Shown here: positions 52,870 through 63,070 of the stretch, piece by piece
Layout of the letters: each line of letters begins with the position of its first letter
Position numbering within the stretch: position 1 is the first letter of the stretch
Virus record (IMG/VR): IMGVR_UViG_3300034158_000007
Coordinates: 1 to 64,000 of that record
Reading direction: 5' to 3' (one strand)
Length of the DNA: 64,000 nucleotides
Source: a virus
Position numbers and translations under genes: made by a program
Notes under the pieces: model-generated
Databases searched by the model: none
The model's input: only the letters and a program-made list of their open reading frames with translations
Told to the model about the DNA's origin: nothing

Positions 52870-55728
52870 ATGTTGAAATCGAAGAACCTATTCTCTATCG
52901 GTAATGAGGATCATGACGATTCGGCCATCAAAGAACTTGATGAGCAAGGGTCTGTGTCGCACGCAGATTCCGCAGAAGTCGTTGCAGAAGTTACCGTTGG
53001 GGATGACACCGTTGAAGCCGGTGACAATATTGGTCAAGCGACTCCGGTAGCTGAAATTACTCCAGACTCCCATTCCGATATTACCCAAACCCCTACTGAA
53101 GGCGGTGAAGCCTCAGCCGAGATGTCCGAACTGTTGAGTGAAGGCAAACAAGCCCAAGCTACAAAGGACGAGATCGTTGAACAGGCTACTGCTGAATTCA
53201 GTGGTGCAGAAACTGAAGTACCCGACGCCACTCTCGATGAGAACGGCAATGCCCTGACTGAAGAACAAGCCGTGGCTAACGCCGAGGAAGATCAAGTTGA
53301 GGATGATGTAGAAGAAGAGGTTGAGGAAGAAGCCGAAGCTAAGGATATCCATCAAGAAGCTGCTGAAGCAGATGAGAACTCCGACGAAGCTTTGAGCGAC
53401 GCCATTAACGAACCCGAGACCGATGGTGATCTGGGTGAAGATGCTGGCGAGTCTGCTGAGACTTCTCAAGACGGTGACTTTGCCGGTGGCGGGGATGCAA
53501 GTGAGGGTGAAGATGACCAAGGCGACATGGGTATCGACGCTGACCTTAATGATGACACCCCACTAGAGGGTGCCGAAGATGCAGGTGGTAGTGATGGGAC
53601 CGACGATGGCATTGATGATAGTGCTGCTGGGGCTGATACTAGTGGCGAGACTTCTGGTGAAGACGTTAGTGCTGTTGCTGACGAATCCGCAGAAACTACT
53701 ACTGAAGATGAAGCAGGTGGGGAACAAGTTGATAGTACTGATGACGTAGACACCGCTATCACCGATCAGAACGCTGCTGCTGAAGTAACCGATGAAGCTA
53801 CTGGTTCTGCCGACGCTGAGGCTGATGCCGAACTCGCTGGTGATGGTAGTAACATCGAAGGCGAAGAGACCATGCCAGAAGAAACTCCGGTTGAAGAAAC
53901 CGAAGTAATCGATGGCCCTAAGGTAGACAAGTACGGTGATGTTGAAACCACCGAAGAACAAGTTGCCGAAGCTGGTCCTGAAGCTGTAGTTGCCGACGAC
54001 GTAGAAGTGGACGAAGCAGAAGTAGCTGAGTTGGAAGACGATACTCCTCTGGAGGGTGCTACTGCCCCACTGGATGTAGAAGTTGAACCTGCCTTGCTGC
54101 CAACTGAACGTGATCTTCCGGGTGAGAACCCAAGTGGCGCAACCGTAGAAGAATCCATTACCGATCAAACTGCCGAAGACCTGCAAGATGGGGTTGATGC
54201 TGTAGCCGATGCTACCACTGATGTAATGGAAGATTCTGGCGAAGCTGATGATGCCGCTCCGCTCGAAGAACCATTGGCCGAGGGCGTTGATGATGCTGGT
54301 CAAGGTCAACCTGATGCAATCGTATCGGAGCCTGATCAAGAAAACGTTGATGACACCGCTAACGTCGAAGCTGCTATTGATCCAGAACCATCTACTAGCA
54401 TTGACGGCTCTCAACCAGAGGGTCCTGATGTTGAAGCTGGTGAGGTCGTAGTTGAAGACGATACTGAAGCTAACTTTGAAGAAGGTGAAGTGGATGTAAA
54501 AGACGTTGACATGGATACTACCGATGAAGAAGTCGAAGAAGCCATGAACGACGCAGCGGTAATTGGTGAGTGGGGCGATAAGGAAGAGAAAGAAGCCGAG
54601 CTTGCTGACAAAACGATTGAAGAACTCCAGAAGGAAAAGGAATCCCTTGAGAAGTTCCGCGTACTGTTGGAAGACGGTATCGCAAACGAATCGTACAACG
54701 CTGGTCTGTTGGCGTACATGAATGCCGAGATGGAACCACTGCGTAAGAAACTGGCTAAGTTAGATAGCGCGTTCGGTATCACCACTCCAGATAAAGTTTC
54801 GGTTGAATCGTTTGGTCGTGATACTGACCTGGCATACGTGGCCACTTTGGAATCGTTCCGTGGGATGATCTCCCGTGTGACTACCATGTCTACCGGTATC
54901 GCTCACCGCATCGAGAAATGGTGGTCCCGTAGCTTGGTTGATAAAGTGACATCCCGTGCTGACGCTCTGGATAAACAAATCGACCTCCGTCTGGTAGAAC
55001 TCAGTAAGTCTGGTTATACCACCAGTGAAGTGAAAGGCGTACGTGGCTATCTGGCAACCAGTGATACCAATCTGGTTAAAGCTGTAGCTTCTGACCTCAA
55101 CGTCACTACCGACATCGCCATCAAAGGCGTCAAGGCGTCTGAACAACTTCAGGCTACCGTGATCAAAGCCGTGAACGATATCATCTCCGCTGGTAACCCA
55201 GATGAGATTGGTAAAGCTCTCGACGGTTTGGCTGCTCTGAAGAACACCAAGACTAGCTTCCCTAACGCTGCCTTTGATAAAGGTTTGCTGGGTGGTTGGA
55301 AACTGGAGATCCGTGAGGGCTCGGGTAGTGATCGCGCTGAGAAGATTGAAGCTCTGGGTCATACCGGTATTCCAGTCGGTGTTAAGGCTAAGGTGGCAGA
55401 TGAAAGCTCGTCATTCAATCTGTCCAAAGGTGATATCGCTAACCTGTTGAAGATGGCTAAGACTTACGTAGGGGTTGCACGTAAGCTGGCTAACACTACA
55501 GGCGATCGTGCTATTGGCCTGACTACCAAAGTGCGTACCACTCGTACTCGTGCCCTGCCAATTACTGCTGACACTCGTGTCCGTGGCGATGAACACGGTG
55601 TTGATGCTGCTGCTACCGCAATGAAACTGCTTGCTCAGTCCCATTTGGATCTGTACAAGTTTATCACTAAGCACTGCGTTGAAGTTGCTGACGCATTGTG
55701 TGGTGTTGCGGCAAAAGCCATTAAGTAA
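52870..55728 (+). CDS. Internal head protein with a very long acidic N-terminal region (gp97-like)
   Basis: About 952 aa; roughly 570 D/E-rich residues precede VSVE and ATLE motifs and a folded C-terminal domain. Confidence 0.8.
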   Translation: MLKSKNLFSIGNEDHDDSAIKELDEQGSVSHADSAEVVAEVTVGDDTVEAGDNIGQATPVAEITPDSHSDITQTPTEGGEASAEMSELLSEGKQAQATKDEIVEQATAEFSGAETEVPDATLDENGNALTEEQAVANAEEDQVEDDVEEEVEEEAEAKDIHQEAAEADENSDEALSDAINEPETDGDLGEDAGESAETSQDGDFAGGGDASEGEDDQGDMGIDADLNDDTPLEGAEDAGGSDGTDDGIDDSAAGADTSGETSGEDVSAVADESAETTTEDEAGGEQVDSTDDVDTAITDQNAAAEVTDEATGSADAEADAELAGDGSNIEGEETMPEETPVEETEVIDGPKVDKYGDVETTEEQVAEAGPEAVVADDVEVDEAEVAELEDDTPLEGATAPLDVEVEPALLPTERDLPGENPSGATVEESITDQTAEDLQDGVDAVADATTDVMEDSGEADDAAPLEEPLAEGVDDAGQGQPDAIVSEPDQENVDDTANVEAAIDPEPSTSIDGSQPEGPDVEAGEVVVEDDTEANFEEGEVDVKDVDMDTTDEEVEEAMNDAAVIGEWGDKEEKEAELADKTIEELQKEKESLEKFRVLLEDGIANESYNAGLLAYMNAEMEPLRKKLAKLDSAFGITTPDKVSVESFGRDTDLAYVATLESFRGMISRVTTMSTGIAHRIEKWWSRSLVDKVTSRADALDKQIDLRLVELSKSGYTTSEVKGVRGYLATSDTNLVKAVASDLNVTTDIAIKGVKASEQLQATVIKAVNDIISAGNPDEIGKALDGLAALKNTKTSFPNAAFDKGLLGGWKLEIREGSGSDRAEKIEALGHTGIPVGVKAKVADESSSFNLSKGDIANLLKMAKTYVGVARKLANTTGDRAIGLTTKVRTTRTRALPITADTRVRGDEHGVDAAATAMKLLAQSHLDLYKFITKHCVEVADALCGVAAKAIK

Positions 55729-55762
55729 ACATACTGCTCCTCCGCAAGGAGGGGCTTTATGC
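55729..55762 (+). repeat. CATA-hairpin-TTTATG repeat element
   Basis: ACATACT-GCTCCTCC-GCAA-GGAGGGGC-TTTATGC. Confidence 0.85.
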
Positions 55763-55793
55763 CGGATCTTATGATCTTTTAATGAGGTGTAAA

Positions 55794-56660
55794 ATGATAG
55801 ACTTACTATTAGTTTCATTAGCTAAGGTGGTTATTTCTCCAGTAGAGACTTTACCAGTGCCGTTAAATCCAGCAGATTGGGGTAGTTCCGTTGGCATTGT
55901 TACTGACGATCTAGGTGAAAATATTTATTTCGCCGGGGGTAACACGGTTGCTGCCAGTGCTAATCGTCGCGTAATGAGTTACAATATCGCAAGTAAGCTA
56001 TACACCGAATATCCACCATTACCGGGTACAGTTACCCCGACAAACTATTTCCAAATATGGTGTAAGTCCGGCACTATCTACATTAACCGTAGCGGAGCAA
56101 TGTATCGACTTAACTCGGGTGAGTCGGCCTGGACAAAATTGGCGAACCCAAGTAATCCGAATAACATGCCATCCTACGGGGGAGCCACGCTGGTTTATAA
56201 TGGTCGACTTTTATGTTACGGGTTGCTTAACGCACCAGACTATTTAAACGCCATATGTGAATACATTCCAGAAAGCAATAGTTTTGTTAGAGTGGGGATA
56301 AACCCTTTAAAACCTATCATGACTTATACTGGTCTTGGTAGGTTGGGTACGAAATTCTACATGATTAACAACACCAACCATCTCGATGTTTACGATATTG
56401 TAACTAATACCTGGTCGGTAACAGCTAATATACCTGTAACGTATTACACCCGCGCGCTTGTCGCGTATGATGATAGAGTTGTACTATTCGGCGGGAACAC
56501 ATCCACCTTTGAGCTTACTTATTCTTATATTCCAACCACTGGTCAATTTAAACCTTTACCACCTTTAAGGTTAAGTGACTCAAACAGTCTGTTTGTCAGT
56601 GCCGGTGAATATGCTTATTCGCTTCAGCCAGGCGGTAAACTAATAAGTTATAAACTCTAA
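55794..56660 (+). CDS. Kelch-repeat beta-propeller protein
   Basis: IYFAGG...VMSYN...YTEYPPLP, LDVYDIVTNTWS and VVLFGG...F...LPPL Kelch signatures; visibly AT-richer than its neighbours. Confidence 0.8.
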   Translation: MIDLLLVSLAKVVISPVETLPVPLNPADWGSSVGIVTDDLGENIYFAGGNTVAASANRRVMSYNIASKLYTEYPPLPGTVTPTNYFQIWCKSGTIYINRSGAMYRLNSGESAWTKLANPSNPNNMPSYGGATLVYNGRLLCYGLLNAPDYLNAICEYIPESNSFVRVGINPLKPIMTYTGLGRLGTKFYMINNTNHLDVYDIVTNTWSVTANIPVTYYTRALVAYDDRVVLFGGNTSTFELTYSYIPTTGQFKPLPPLRLSDSNSLFVSAGEYAYSLQPGGKLISYKL

Positions 56661-56674
56661 TAGAGGACACTACA

Positions 56675-58342
56675 ATGCCTTCTTCAGTTATCCCACTACC
56701 AGACGTCTACGAAACTATCGTCCGTGCTGTTAGTGTTAGTGCTGTAAGTCAATTGGTTCAGTTCATGGGATTACCCGGAACCACAACCGCTTATTTCCCC
56801 GGTCGGTCTGAAACCGTACCAATGAATGATGGTATCTTTGGTAACTGTTGTGAGTCAGCTGATGCTGTTCACTTTGACCCAGAAGAACGCATCGAGGTTA
56901 CCTACGACGAAATAGCTGAAGAGAACTTCACTCTATCAACGTCGGTTAAGAACAATGAGAACTCCCCAATCTTCGTAGACGATGTCCGTGGTATTGTCGT
57001 TCGTCCAGTACGTCGTTTCGTGGACTTCCGTATCGATATTCGTTATCAGGCCCCTAACGTTGTTATTGCACAGCGGTGGTTGGATAGCATGCGTATCCGT
57101 TACTGTGAAGGCGTGGGGGATATCACACTGGCATTGGACTACCACTACAACATCCCAACTGCATTGATGGCGCTGTTTCGTGGATTGTACGATACCCAGC
57201 AGAAAACACCGTGGCCTAGTGATAAAGACTTTGATGGTTGGCTCAAAGAACGTTTCGTTCAACCGACCACCGAGATGGTTACCTACAACGGTACACACCC
57301 GATCCTGACGGTGTACGAACGCCAAGTGGATGTGGTGGGTCACTTTGACTTTATCAACACCCCAGAGACACCACAGCCGGTTTCAGATAAGGCTGGTGCC
57401 TATGAGGTAACCTTCAGTTATATCTGTCGGTATGATCGACCTACCCACGTTTACGTACAGTACCCGATGCTGGTTCATCAATGCCCTATCCCTAAGATCT
57501 TCCGTCCTGAGTATGTACTCTGGCAGAACTATCAACAAGTAGATCGTAAGACTACTGGTTTGCGGGGATCATTGGAACATGCGTTTATTCTGGCACAGCG
57601 ACGAGGTGTACCTTACGTCCAGTATCCAGATACGGATGACTTCGTGGCTAATGAGGAATTCCCAGATCAACTAACGTTCTTCACCGGGTTGCTTTCATTG
57701 GACTGCGATGACTTACGTTACATCATGGACTTCAAGTCCTTAGGTAAGTTTACCTTCAACCCATACTTCCTAGAGTTCTTTGAAACTGTAGGTACCGAAG
57801 CTTTCGACTTCAATGGTTTCTTCGATGTTCGACTTTACCGTAACGGTGAACGTATAACTGTACCGATGACCATGGAACCGGGAACGCTTAAGTTAATGGC
57901 TACCCATGAACTAGACCCGCACTACGTTTATCACATTCAGATAGCTGTGCGCGGTAACTGGTTGGCAATCCCTGGCCCTAAGTGGCAAGGTATCCGTCGT
58001 TACCCTCATGTGGTCTGGATGCTGTGTGCATTGTTCGGTGTGTGTAAAGGTCGTGAAGCTTTCGATAAGATGGATCTGATCGGTAAGGGTCGCCCTCGAG
58101 CAGAGGACCCTAAGTGGCCGGGTGAAGGTACTACTAAATGGACTAGTGATCTTGAGGATGTGTGTAAGACAGGTTATGTACGTATGTCTGACATCAACTG
58201 TGCTAAGGTTCAAAGGGGTGAGACTATCCCAGATGAAACCAGTCCAGGTGGCGGCGGCGGGGGTATGACCGGTCGTGATCTTTATGGTCCAACCAACGTA
58301 TTAATGATGGGCCTTATTTCTGATAAGCGTCCAACCAAGTAA
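56675..58342 (+). CDS. Virion structural protein (gp98-like)
   Basis: 555 aa; GAGGA SD; YEVTFSYICRYDRPT; synteny. Confidence 0.7.
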   Translation: MPSSVIPLPDVYETIVRAVSVSAVSQLVQFMGLPGTTTAYFPGRSETVPMNDGIFGNCCESADAVHFDPEERIEVTYDEIAEENFTLSTSVKNNENSPIFVDDVRGIVVRPVRRFVDFRIDIRYQAPNVVIAQRWLDSMRIRYCEGVGDITLALDYHYNIPTALMALFRGLYDTQQKTPWPSDKDFDGWLKERFVQPTTEMVTYNGTHPILTVYERQVDVVGHFDFINTPETPQPVSDKAGAYEVTFSYICRYDRPTHVYVQYPMLVHQCPIPKIFRPEYVLWQNYQQVDRKTTGLRGSLEHAFILAQRRGVPYVQYPDTDDFVANEEFPDQLTFFTGLLSLDCDDLRYIMDFKSLGKFTFNPYFLEFFETVGTEAFDFNGFFDVRLYRNGERITVPMTMEPGTLKLMATHELDPHYVYHIQIAVRGNWLAIPGPKWQGIRRYPHVVWMLCALFGVCKGREAFDKMDLIGKGRPRAEDPKWPGEGTTKWTSDLEDVCKTGYVRMSDINCAKVQRGETIPDETSPGGGGGGMTGRDLYGPTNVLMMGLISDKRPTK

Positions 58343-58354
58343 GAGGAAAGCGTC

Positions 58355-59767
58355 ATGCCTTTGTATGAAGACGAAGAAGACATCCCGGTAAGTCCCGAGG
58401 TTAACCCCGTCAATGTTAAAGCTTATCCTGCGGCTTATCGGGGTATTGCTATTGATACACGGTACGCCCCTAAGTCCAGCATGCTGGCATGGATCAATGG
58501 TTCTAACTGGCGAGTAACCTATTTCTCCCAGATCCTTGAGCCTACACAAGAGCCAACGCCATTGGCATTGGATCGCACACCACCTTATCAACAGTACCAA
58601 CGTATTAACGGTATTGACATTAAGGTTAACCAACCACTAGATATTTCCCAAGACGAACGTATCCGTACGTTCAGTGTTACGGGGGCAGGCCACACTTACC
58701 CAGCACTGACGCCTAACCAAGGCGACATGATGATCGGTGACATTGGTGATGGTCGGGCAGGTCTGTTTACAATTACCAGTGCCCGTCGTGAAACGTATAT
58801 GCGTGACTCGACCTACGCTGTTGAATGGAAGATGGTTGGGTTCCTGTCTGCGCAACAAATGGCGGACTTGGAACAGAAGACACAGATCACTTACTTCTGG
58901 GATGCCAACAAACTGGCTAGCGGTTGTAACCCATATGTGACCGAAGTAGAGCAAGCGGCTAATAAAGAGTTTGCTATTACTAAGGAAGAGATCATCCGTC
59001 GTTACATCAGTGACTTCTATTCCCGTCAGTACTACACCTTCATGGTTCCTGACCAACTGGAATATACGTACGACCATTTCGTAGCTAAGTTGCTGCTCGA
59101 TATTCTTGATACTTCACGTAGCTGGGATTTGAGACGCTCTAAGATTCTGAACGTGATGTCCGAACCGGTGATGTCCCAACCCACAATGTGGAATATGTTG
59201 GTTAACCAGAATCCAAGTATTGGATGTGGTGCCACTGAACGGGCACACCTGGTAATGACCATGATCTCACGGTGGAAACCAGAACTCCAAGCGATCGGCT
59301 ACTCCGGTATCCCGCGTATGGTGTTCCCTATTGATGCTCCGACTAACATCGACGCTCAGTATAAAGGTTACAACCGTGCGATGCCTGAAGGTATCCCCTT
59401 CCGTCCAGGACAACCACGTCGTCCAGCTCCTGGCCCTTATAAGAGTCAGGAAGAACGTAATGAGCCTTGGTTCCGTCGTGTAGCTCCAGAAGACCAACAT
59501 GACCTCCAGCAAGCTTGGAAGTATCCGCCTGACATTAAACCTGTTGTTTGCGATGATTACTACGTGTTCTCAGAAGCTTTCTATTACGAAGACGCTAAGC
59601 TCCAGTCTAAGTTGGAAATGCTTGCATGGCAGATGATCAAAGGCGAACCCCTCAACAAAGAACAACTGTTGGCCGTTATTAAGTGTTGCCTTTCGTGGGA
59701 TAACCTCGAACGGTTCTACTACCACCCCGTGCTGATCATGATGCTGGGGTATGCCATAAGGAACTGA
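58355..59767 (+). CDS. Virion structural protein (gp99-like)
   Basis: 470 aa; WINGSNWRVTYFSQ, PNQGDMMIGDIGDGRAGLF; synteny. Confidence 0.7.
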   Translation: MPLYEDEEDIPVSPEVNPVNVKAYPAAYRGIAIDTRYAPKSSMLAWINGSNWRVTYFSQILEPTQEPTPLALDRTPPYQQYQRINGIDIKVNQPLDISQDERIRTFSVTGAGHTYPALTPNQGDMMIGDIGDGRAGLFTITSARRETYMRDSTYAVEWKMVGFLSAQQMADLEQKTQITYFWDANKLASGCNPYVTEVEQAANKEFAITKEEIIRRYISDFYSRQYYTFMVPDQLEYTYDHFVAKLLLDILDTSRSWDLRRSKILNVMSEPVMSQPTMWNMLVNQNPSIGCGATERAHLVMTMISRWKPELQAIGYSGIPRMVFPIDAPTNIDAQYKGYNRAMPEGIPFRPGQPRRPAPGPYKSQEERNEPWFRRVAPEDQHDLQQAWKYPPDIKPVVCDDYYVFSEAFYYEDAKLQSKLEMLAWQMIKGEPLNKEQLLAVIKCCLSWDNLERFYYHPVLIMMLGYAIRN

Positions 59768-59768
59768 T

Positions 59769-60359
59769 ATGTCTGCACCAATCGTACTGTGTAAACGCTA
59801 CACGCCCGCATGGCGGTTATTCCATCTGCAATACAAAGTAATGGCCACCAACTTGGTTGAGGTAATGACCGAGTATCTTGCTACCGGCAAAGCTGTAATG
59901 AACGTAACCGGTAACAAGACCGTTGATACTTTGGCGGGTGGCCGTATGGAATACAAGAACATGACGGCTGCCGCCATGGCTATGAACATGGCCGAGGGTC
60001 ACCCCATCGCTATCACGCAATTGAAAGACTGCGTGCAGATGTATGCGGATATCCAAGACCATCTACATGATCACTTCCAAGCAGCTAAGGTAGCGTTGCA
60101 CATTGATGAAGTGCCACCTATCGAAGACCTGCGTTCTTTTGAAGCCTTGGCTTTGGAAGTCTATCGGACCGCCAAGAAACTAGAGCCTCGACCAGAGGTT
60201 CAGAGTAGCATCTTTGATAATCTGGTCGAGATGTCTAGACGCCGTAACCTCATGGCTACTAACCGTAGTCTACGGGCTATGGATGAACGTGACGGAAACC
60301 TTAAACCATACGTGTCGATCGTTGATGACATCGAGCGTCATATAGCGGAGCTTTATTAA
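59769..60359 (+). CDS. Conserved hypothetical protein (gp100-like)
   Basis: 196 aa, coupled to both neighbours. Confidence 0.7.
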   Translation: MSAPIVLCKRYTPAWRLFHLQYKVMATNLVEVMTEYLATGKAVMNVTGNKTVDTLAGGRMEYKNMTAAAMAMNMAEGHPIAITQLKDCVQMYADIQDHLHDHFQAAKVALHIDEVPPIEDLRSFEALALEVYRTAKKLEPRPEVQSSIFDNLVEMSRRRNLMATNRSLRAMDERDGNLKPYVSIVDDIERHIAELY

Positions 60360-61738
60360 TGTCTTATGATGCAACGCTACTTTACAAAGCAGCTGAACGA
60401 GTAATCACCGACGGCGAGGGTTACTACAACGTTCGTACTAACATTAACATCAGGGCTAATAAGAAGTGGATGAAGCCTGTGCGGTTTGATTACCTGCATT
60501 TGGCTCGTGACTACAGCACCGGTGCATTAGGAGACATTCGACAGATTGAATGCCTGATATTGTTGGGTGATTACACCTACGACCTCCTACCCTACCGTGA
60601 CGACATGCTGATTGACATCACAGAGATCCCTCTGGTCGAAGGCATGAGTGCTCGTAACTGGGGACGGCGTGCAGGGACGAAACGGTATAAAGCAATTCTT
60701 GACCTTAAGGGTGGGGATAACACAACCCTCACCAATAAGTCTGCTGCAATGTCTACCAAGGCTCAAATGAATCAGATGGGTATGAAGTCTGTAGTATTCA
60801 CTCTGGTTGATGAACCTTGTTACAAACTGATGATGACCAGTATTGGGACCACCCTACGGCAAATGACCACCTTGGATATGATCCTGTGGTTACACAACTA
60901 TTACTTCAAGAAACTCTTTGATGGTGATAGTGTCCGTATTGAGGGTGAGAACGTTTGGCGACAAGACTTTAATCCAGACATTCAACACCAAATCGCATTC
61001 CCCGATGGGATGATGCTTAAGGACGTTCCTCGGTTCTTACAGAACGATGAGGTCGGTGTGTATCCAACTGGGTTGGGGCGCTACATCCAAAACGGTCAGC
61101 TCTTTGTGTACCCGTTGTTTGATACGACTCGGTATAAGAAGAACAACCGGGTGCTTAACATCATCAACATGCCTAACGAACGTTTCCAAGGTACGGAGAA
61201 GACCTTCCTAGTTACTGACCAGTCGGTGACGATCATCGCTACGGGTAAGAACAAGGTTGTGGACAGATCCACAGGCGCTCGAATCCAAGATGGTAACGGT
61301 GCGCGCTTTGGTAATGCCAATACGATCCTGACGCAGGGACAAGTTAAAGACAACCGGTTGCTATTAGACCGTGCTACTAACGTGTACGAAGTTGCAGGTG
61401 ATGCTTTGGCGGGTGGTGTCAACAACATGCGCTGGGCGGACGAACGCTATAGCGCTAATCCATATAAACAGTACACGTTGATGGCGCAACAACAGGGGCA
61501 ACCTCTAGATGTTCAATGGTTCCGCAGTAATGTGGATCTGTTAGACCCAGGTATGCCTGTGCGGTATCAAACACTGGATGGTGAGACAGTCAAAACTTAC
61601 TATGGGACGTTATTGGGTGTAAACGATAACCGTATTCCTGTAGACCCCGGTAACAATACGTCTAAGTACGATGGCATTGCAACACTGAGCCTGTTCTTAG
61701 TTCGTCACACCGAGACTGATACTCCACCAGCCACTTAA
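60359..61738 (+). CDS. Virion structural protein, baseplate hub-like (gp101-like)
   Basis: 459 aa; TAATG overlap; GVYPTGLG, LLDPGMPVRY; synteny. Confidence 0.7.
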   Translation: MSYDATLLYKAAERVITDGEGYYNVRTNINIRANKKWMKPVRFDYLHLARDYSTGALGDIRQIECLILLGDYTYDLLPYRDDMLIDITEIPLVEGMSARNWGRRAGTKRYKAILDLKGGDNTTLTNKSAAMSTKAQMNQMGMKSVVFTLVDEPCYKLMMTSIGTTLRQMTTLDMILWLHNYYFKKLFDGDSVRIEGENVWRQDFNPDIQHQIAFPDGMMLKDVPRFLQNDEVGVYPTGLGRYIQNGQLFVYPLFDTTRYKKNNRVLNIINMPNERFQGTEKTFLVTDQSVTIIATGKNKVVDRSTGARIQDGNGARFGNANTILTQGQVKDNRLLLDRATNVYEVAGDALAGGVNNMRWADERYSANPYKQYTLMAQQQGQPLDVQWFRSNVDLLDPGMPVRYQTLDGETVKTYYGTLLGVNDNRIPVDPGNNTSKYDGIATLSLFLVRHTETDTPPAT

Positions 61739-61743
61739 CCGAG

Positions 61744-62139
61744 ATGACCATGAATGTATTTATCCCCATAGACCAGTCATGGTCATTTAAGTTCTTTGAA
61801 TTCAACAAGCCTTTGATATCACAGGTTGAAGACTTCTTTAAGTTCTCCAATGAGTTCTATGCCGGTGCAATGCTGTACGTTATAACCCAGATCAATTTCA
61901 ACTACGGAATGTCCACCGCGACTTACAATGACAAACTGACCGAGGCTTTCGAGATCTGTGCACGCTATCCAGCATTGGCGCCAAAGATCGCTGAAGCCTA
62001 TCGGAAACTATTTGCAGAGTATCGTTTGGCCTATATGGCCGTAGGGTGCATTGTGCAAGGCGCAACCCCCGCAGTAGAGCCATCGGGCATCTTACAAGGT
62101 ATCGTGCTCCACACGATACCACAGTGGCCTCCTAAGTAG
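61744..62139 (+). CDS. Hypothetical protein
   Basis: 131-aa ORF at the end of the structural operon. Confidence 0.65.
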   Translation: MTMNVFIPIDQSWSFKFFEFNKPLISQVEDFFKFSNEFYAGAMLYVITQINFNYGMSTATYNDKLTEAFEICARYPALAPKIAEAYRKLFAEYRLAYMAVGCIVQGATPAVEPSGILQGIVLHTIPQWPPK

Positions 62140-62151
62140 TATTAGAAGCTA

Positions 62152-62178
62152 TTTAAAGAGTATATTACTTTAGTGAAT
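62152..62178 (+). promoter_or_regulatory. phiKZ-type early promoter
   Basis: TTTAAAGAG-TATATTAC-TTTA-GTGAAT. Confidence 0.85.
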
Positions 62179-62196
62179 TCACTGGAGTAGTACTAC

Positions 62197-62328
62197 ATGT
62201 CCGAACAGATGATTCAACAACGTAAAGCCGCCCATCGTGAAGCTCAAGACTCGTGGATCTCTCCTCGGGGCTTGGGGCTTTTATTCACTATCGGCCTTAC
62301 ACTCACTGTAATCTTTAACGGGGTGTAA
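62197..62328 (+). CDS. Early microprotein, 43 aa, hydrophobic C-terminus (absent from the track)
   Basis: GGAG SD; MSEQMIQQRKAAHREAQDSWISPRGLGLLFTIGLTLTVIFNGV. Confidence 0.65.
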   Translation: MSEQMIQQRKAAHREAQDSWISPRGLGLLFTIGLTLTVIFNGV

Positions 62329-62334
62329 CCTATT

Positions 62335-62508
62335 ATGTTCGCTAACTTCTATGATGAAGCAAAGACACGCGAAGAAAATCAGAAAGAGTTTGAGAAAGCT
62401 CGACACAACAAAGAAGTAACCGCACACTACGTAACAGCCTTCGCTGTTGTCGCTGGTGCTGTGGGTGCAGTACTCGGTGTTAAAAAGCTTATCGACGAAT
62501 TCACTTAA
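62335..62508 (+). CDS. Early microprotein, 57 aa, single TM segment (absent from the track)
   Basis: MFANFYDEAKTREENQKEFEKARHNKEVTAHYVTAFAVVAGAVGAVLGVKKLIDEFT. Confidence 0.65.
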   Translation: MFANFYDEAKTREENQKEFEKARHNKEVTAHYVTAFAVVAGAVGAVLGVKKLIDEFT

Positions 62509-62567
62509 AGCCAACTGGGTGTTCAATTAGATGAGTCTAAACACATTCTTTTAATTGGAGACCTCCC

Positions 62568-63062
62568 ATGGTTGAATTCGTAATTGGAACAGATATATTT
62601 CGTCAAGAAGGCGACCTGTATCTGATCACCGTCAACTGCGTTGGCGTTATGGGTAAAGGTCTGGCTAAGAGCTTTAAAGAGCTACATCCCGACCTCTACG
62701 AACGTTATCGTCACGACTGCAAGATGAAGATCATCACGATCGGTAATCCCGCAATCTATCAGGCGGACAATGGTAAACGCTACATGATGTTCCCTACCAA
62801 AGATCGTTGGCAAGATCCTTCGCTCCCTGACTACATCTCCGCTGGTTTACAGTGGATGGTCGATTCAGTGATAACGGAAGATGACGATGAAGGGGATATC
62901 GACCCTAGTTGGCGGATAGTCATTCCCCCTCTAGGTTGTGCCAATGGTGGCCTTAGCTTCGCGACCGTAAAAGAAACGATCAAGCTATTCGCCTCTCACA
63001 TGCCAAACCCAATCGTGGTGGTCTATCCACCATGGATGGAACAAGACGATAAATGGGATTGA
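62568..63062 (+). CDS. Stand-alone macrodomain, DarG-like ADP-ribosylglycohydrolase
   Basis: VNCVGVMGKGLAKSFK, MFPTKDRW and IPPLGCANGGL are DarG/TARG1-type macrodomain signatures; GGAG SD. Confidence 0.88.
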   Translation: MVEFVIGTDIFRQEGDLYLITVNCVGVMGKGLAKSFKELHPDLYERYRHDCKMKIITIGNPAIYQADNGKRYMMFPTKDRWQDPSLPDYISAGLQWMVDSVITEDDDEGDIDPSWRIVIPPLGCANGGLSFATVKETIKLFASHMPNPIVVVYPPWMEQDDKWD

Positions 63063-63070
63063 CCCCAAAC

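Noticed and set aside
43518-54887. Multiple 150-330 aa antisense ORFs and Ser-rich alternative-frame ORFs across the head genes
   Set aside because: By-products of low-complexity acidic coding sequence; no translation signals
11977-55793. Upstream-extended starts in the ORF track (11977, 21706, 31072, 37795, 52750, 55782)
   Set aside because: The extensions run through hairpins, terminators or upstream genes; downstream ATGs fit better and most have clear SD sequences
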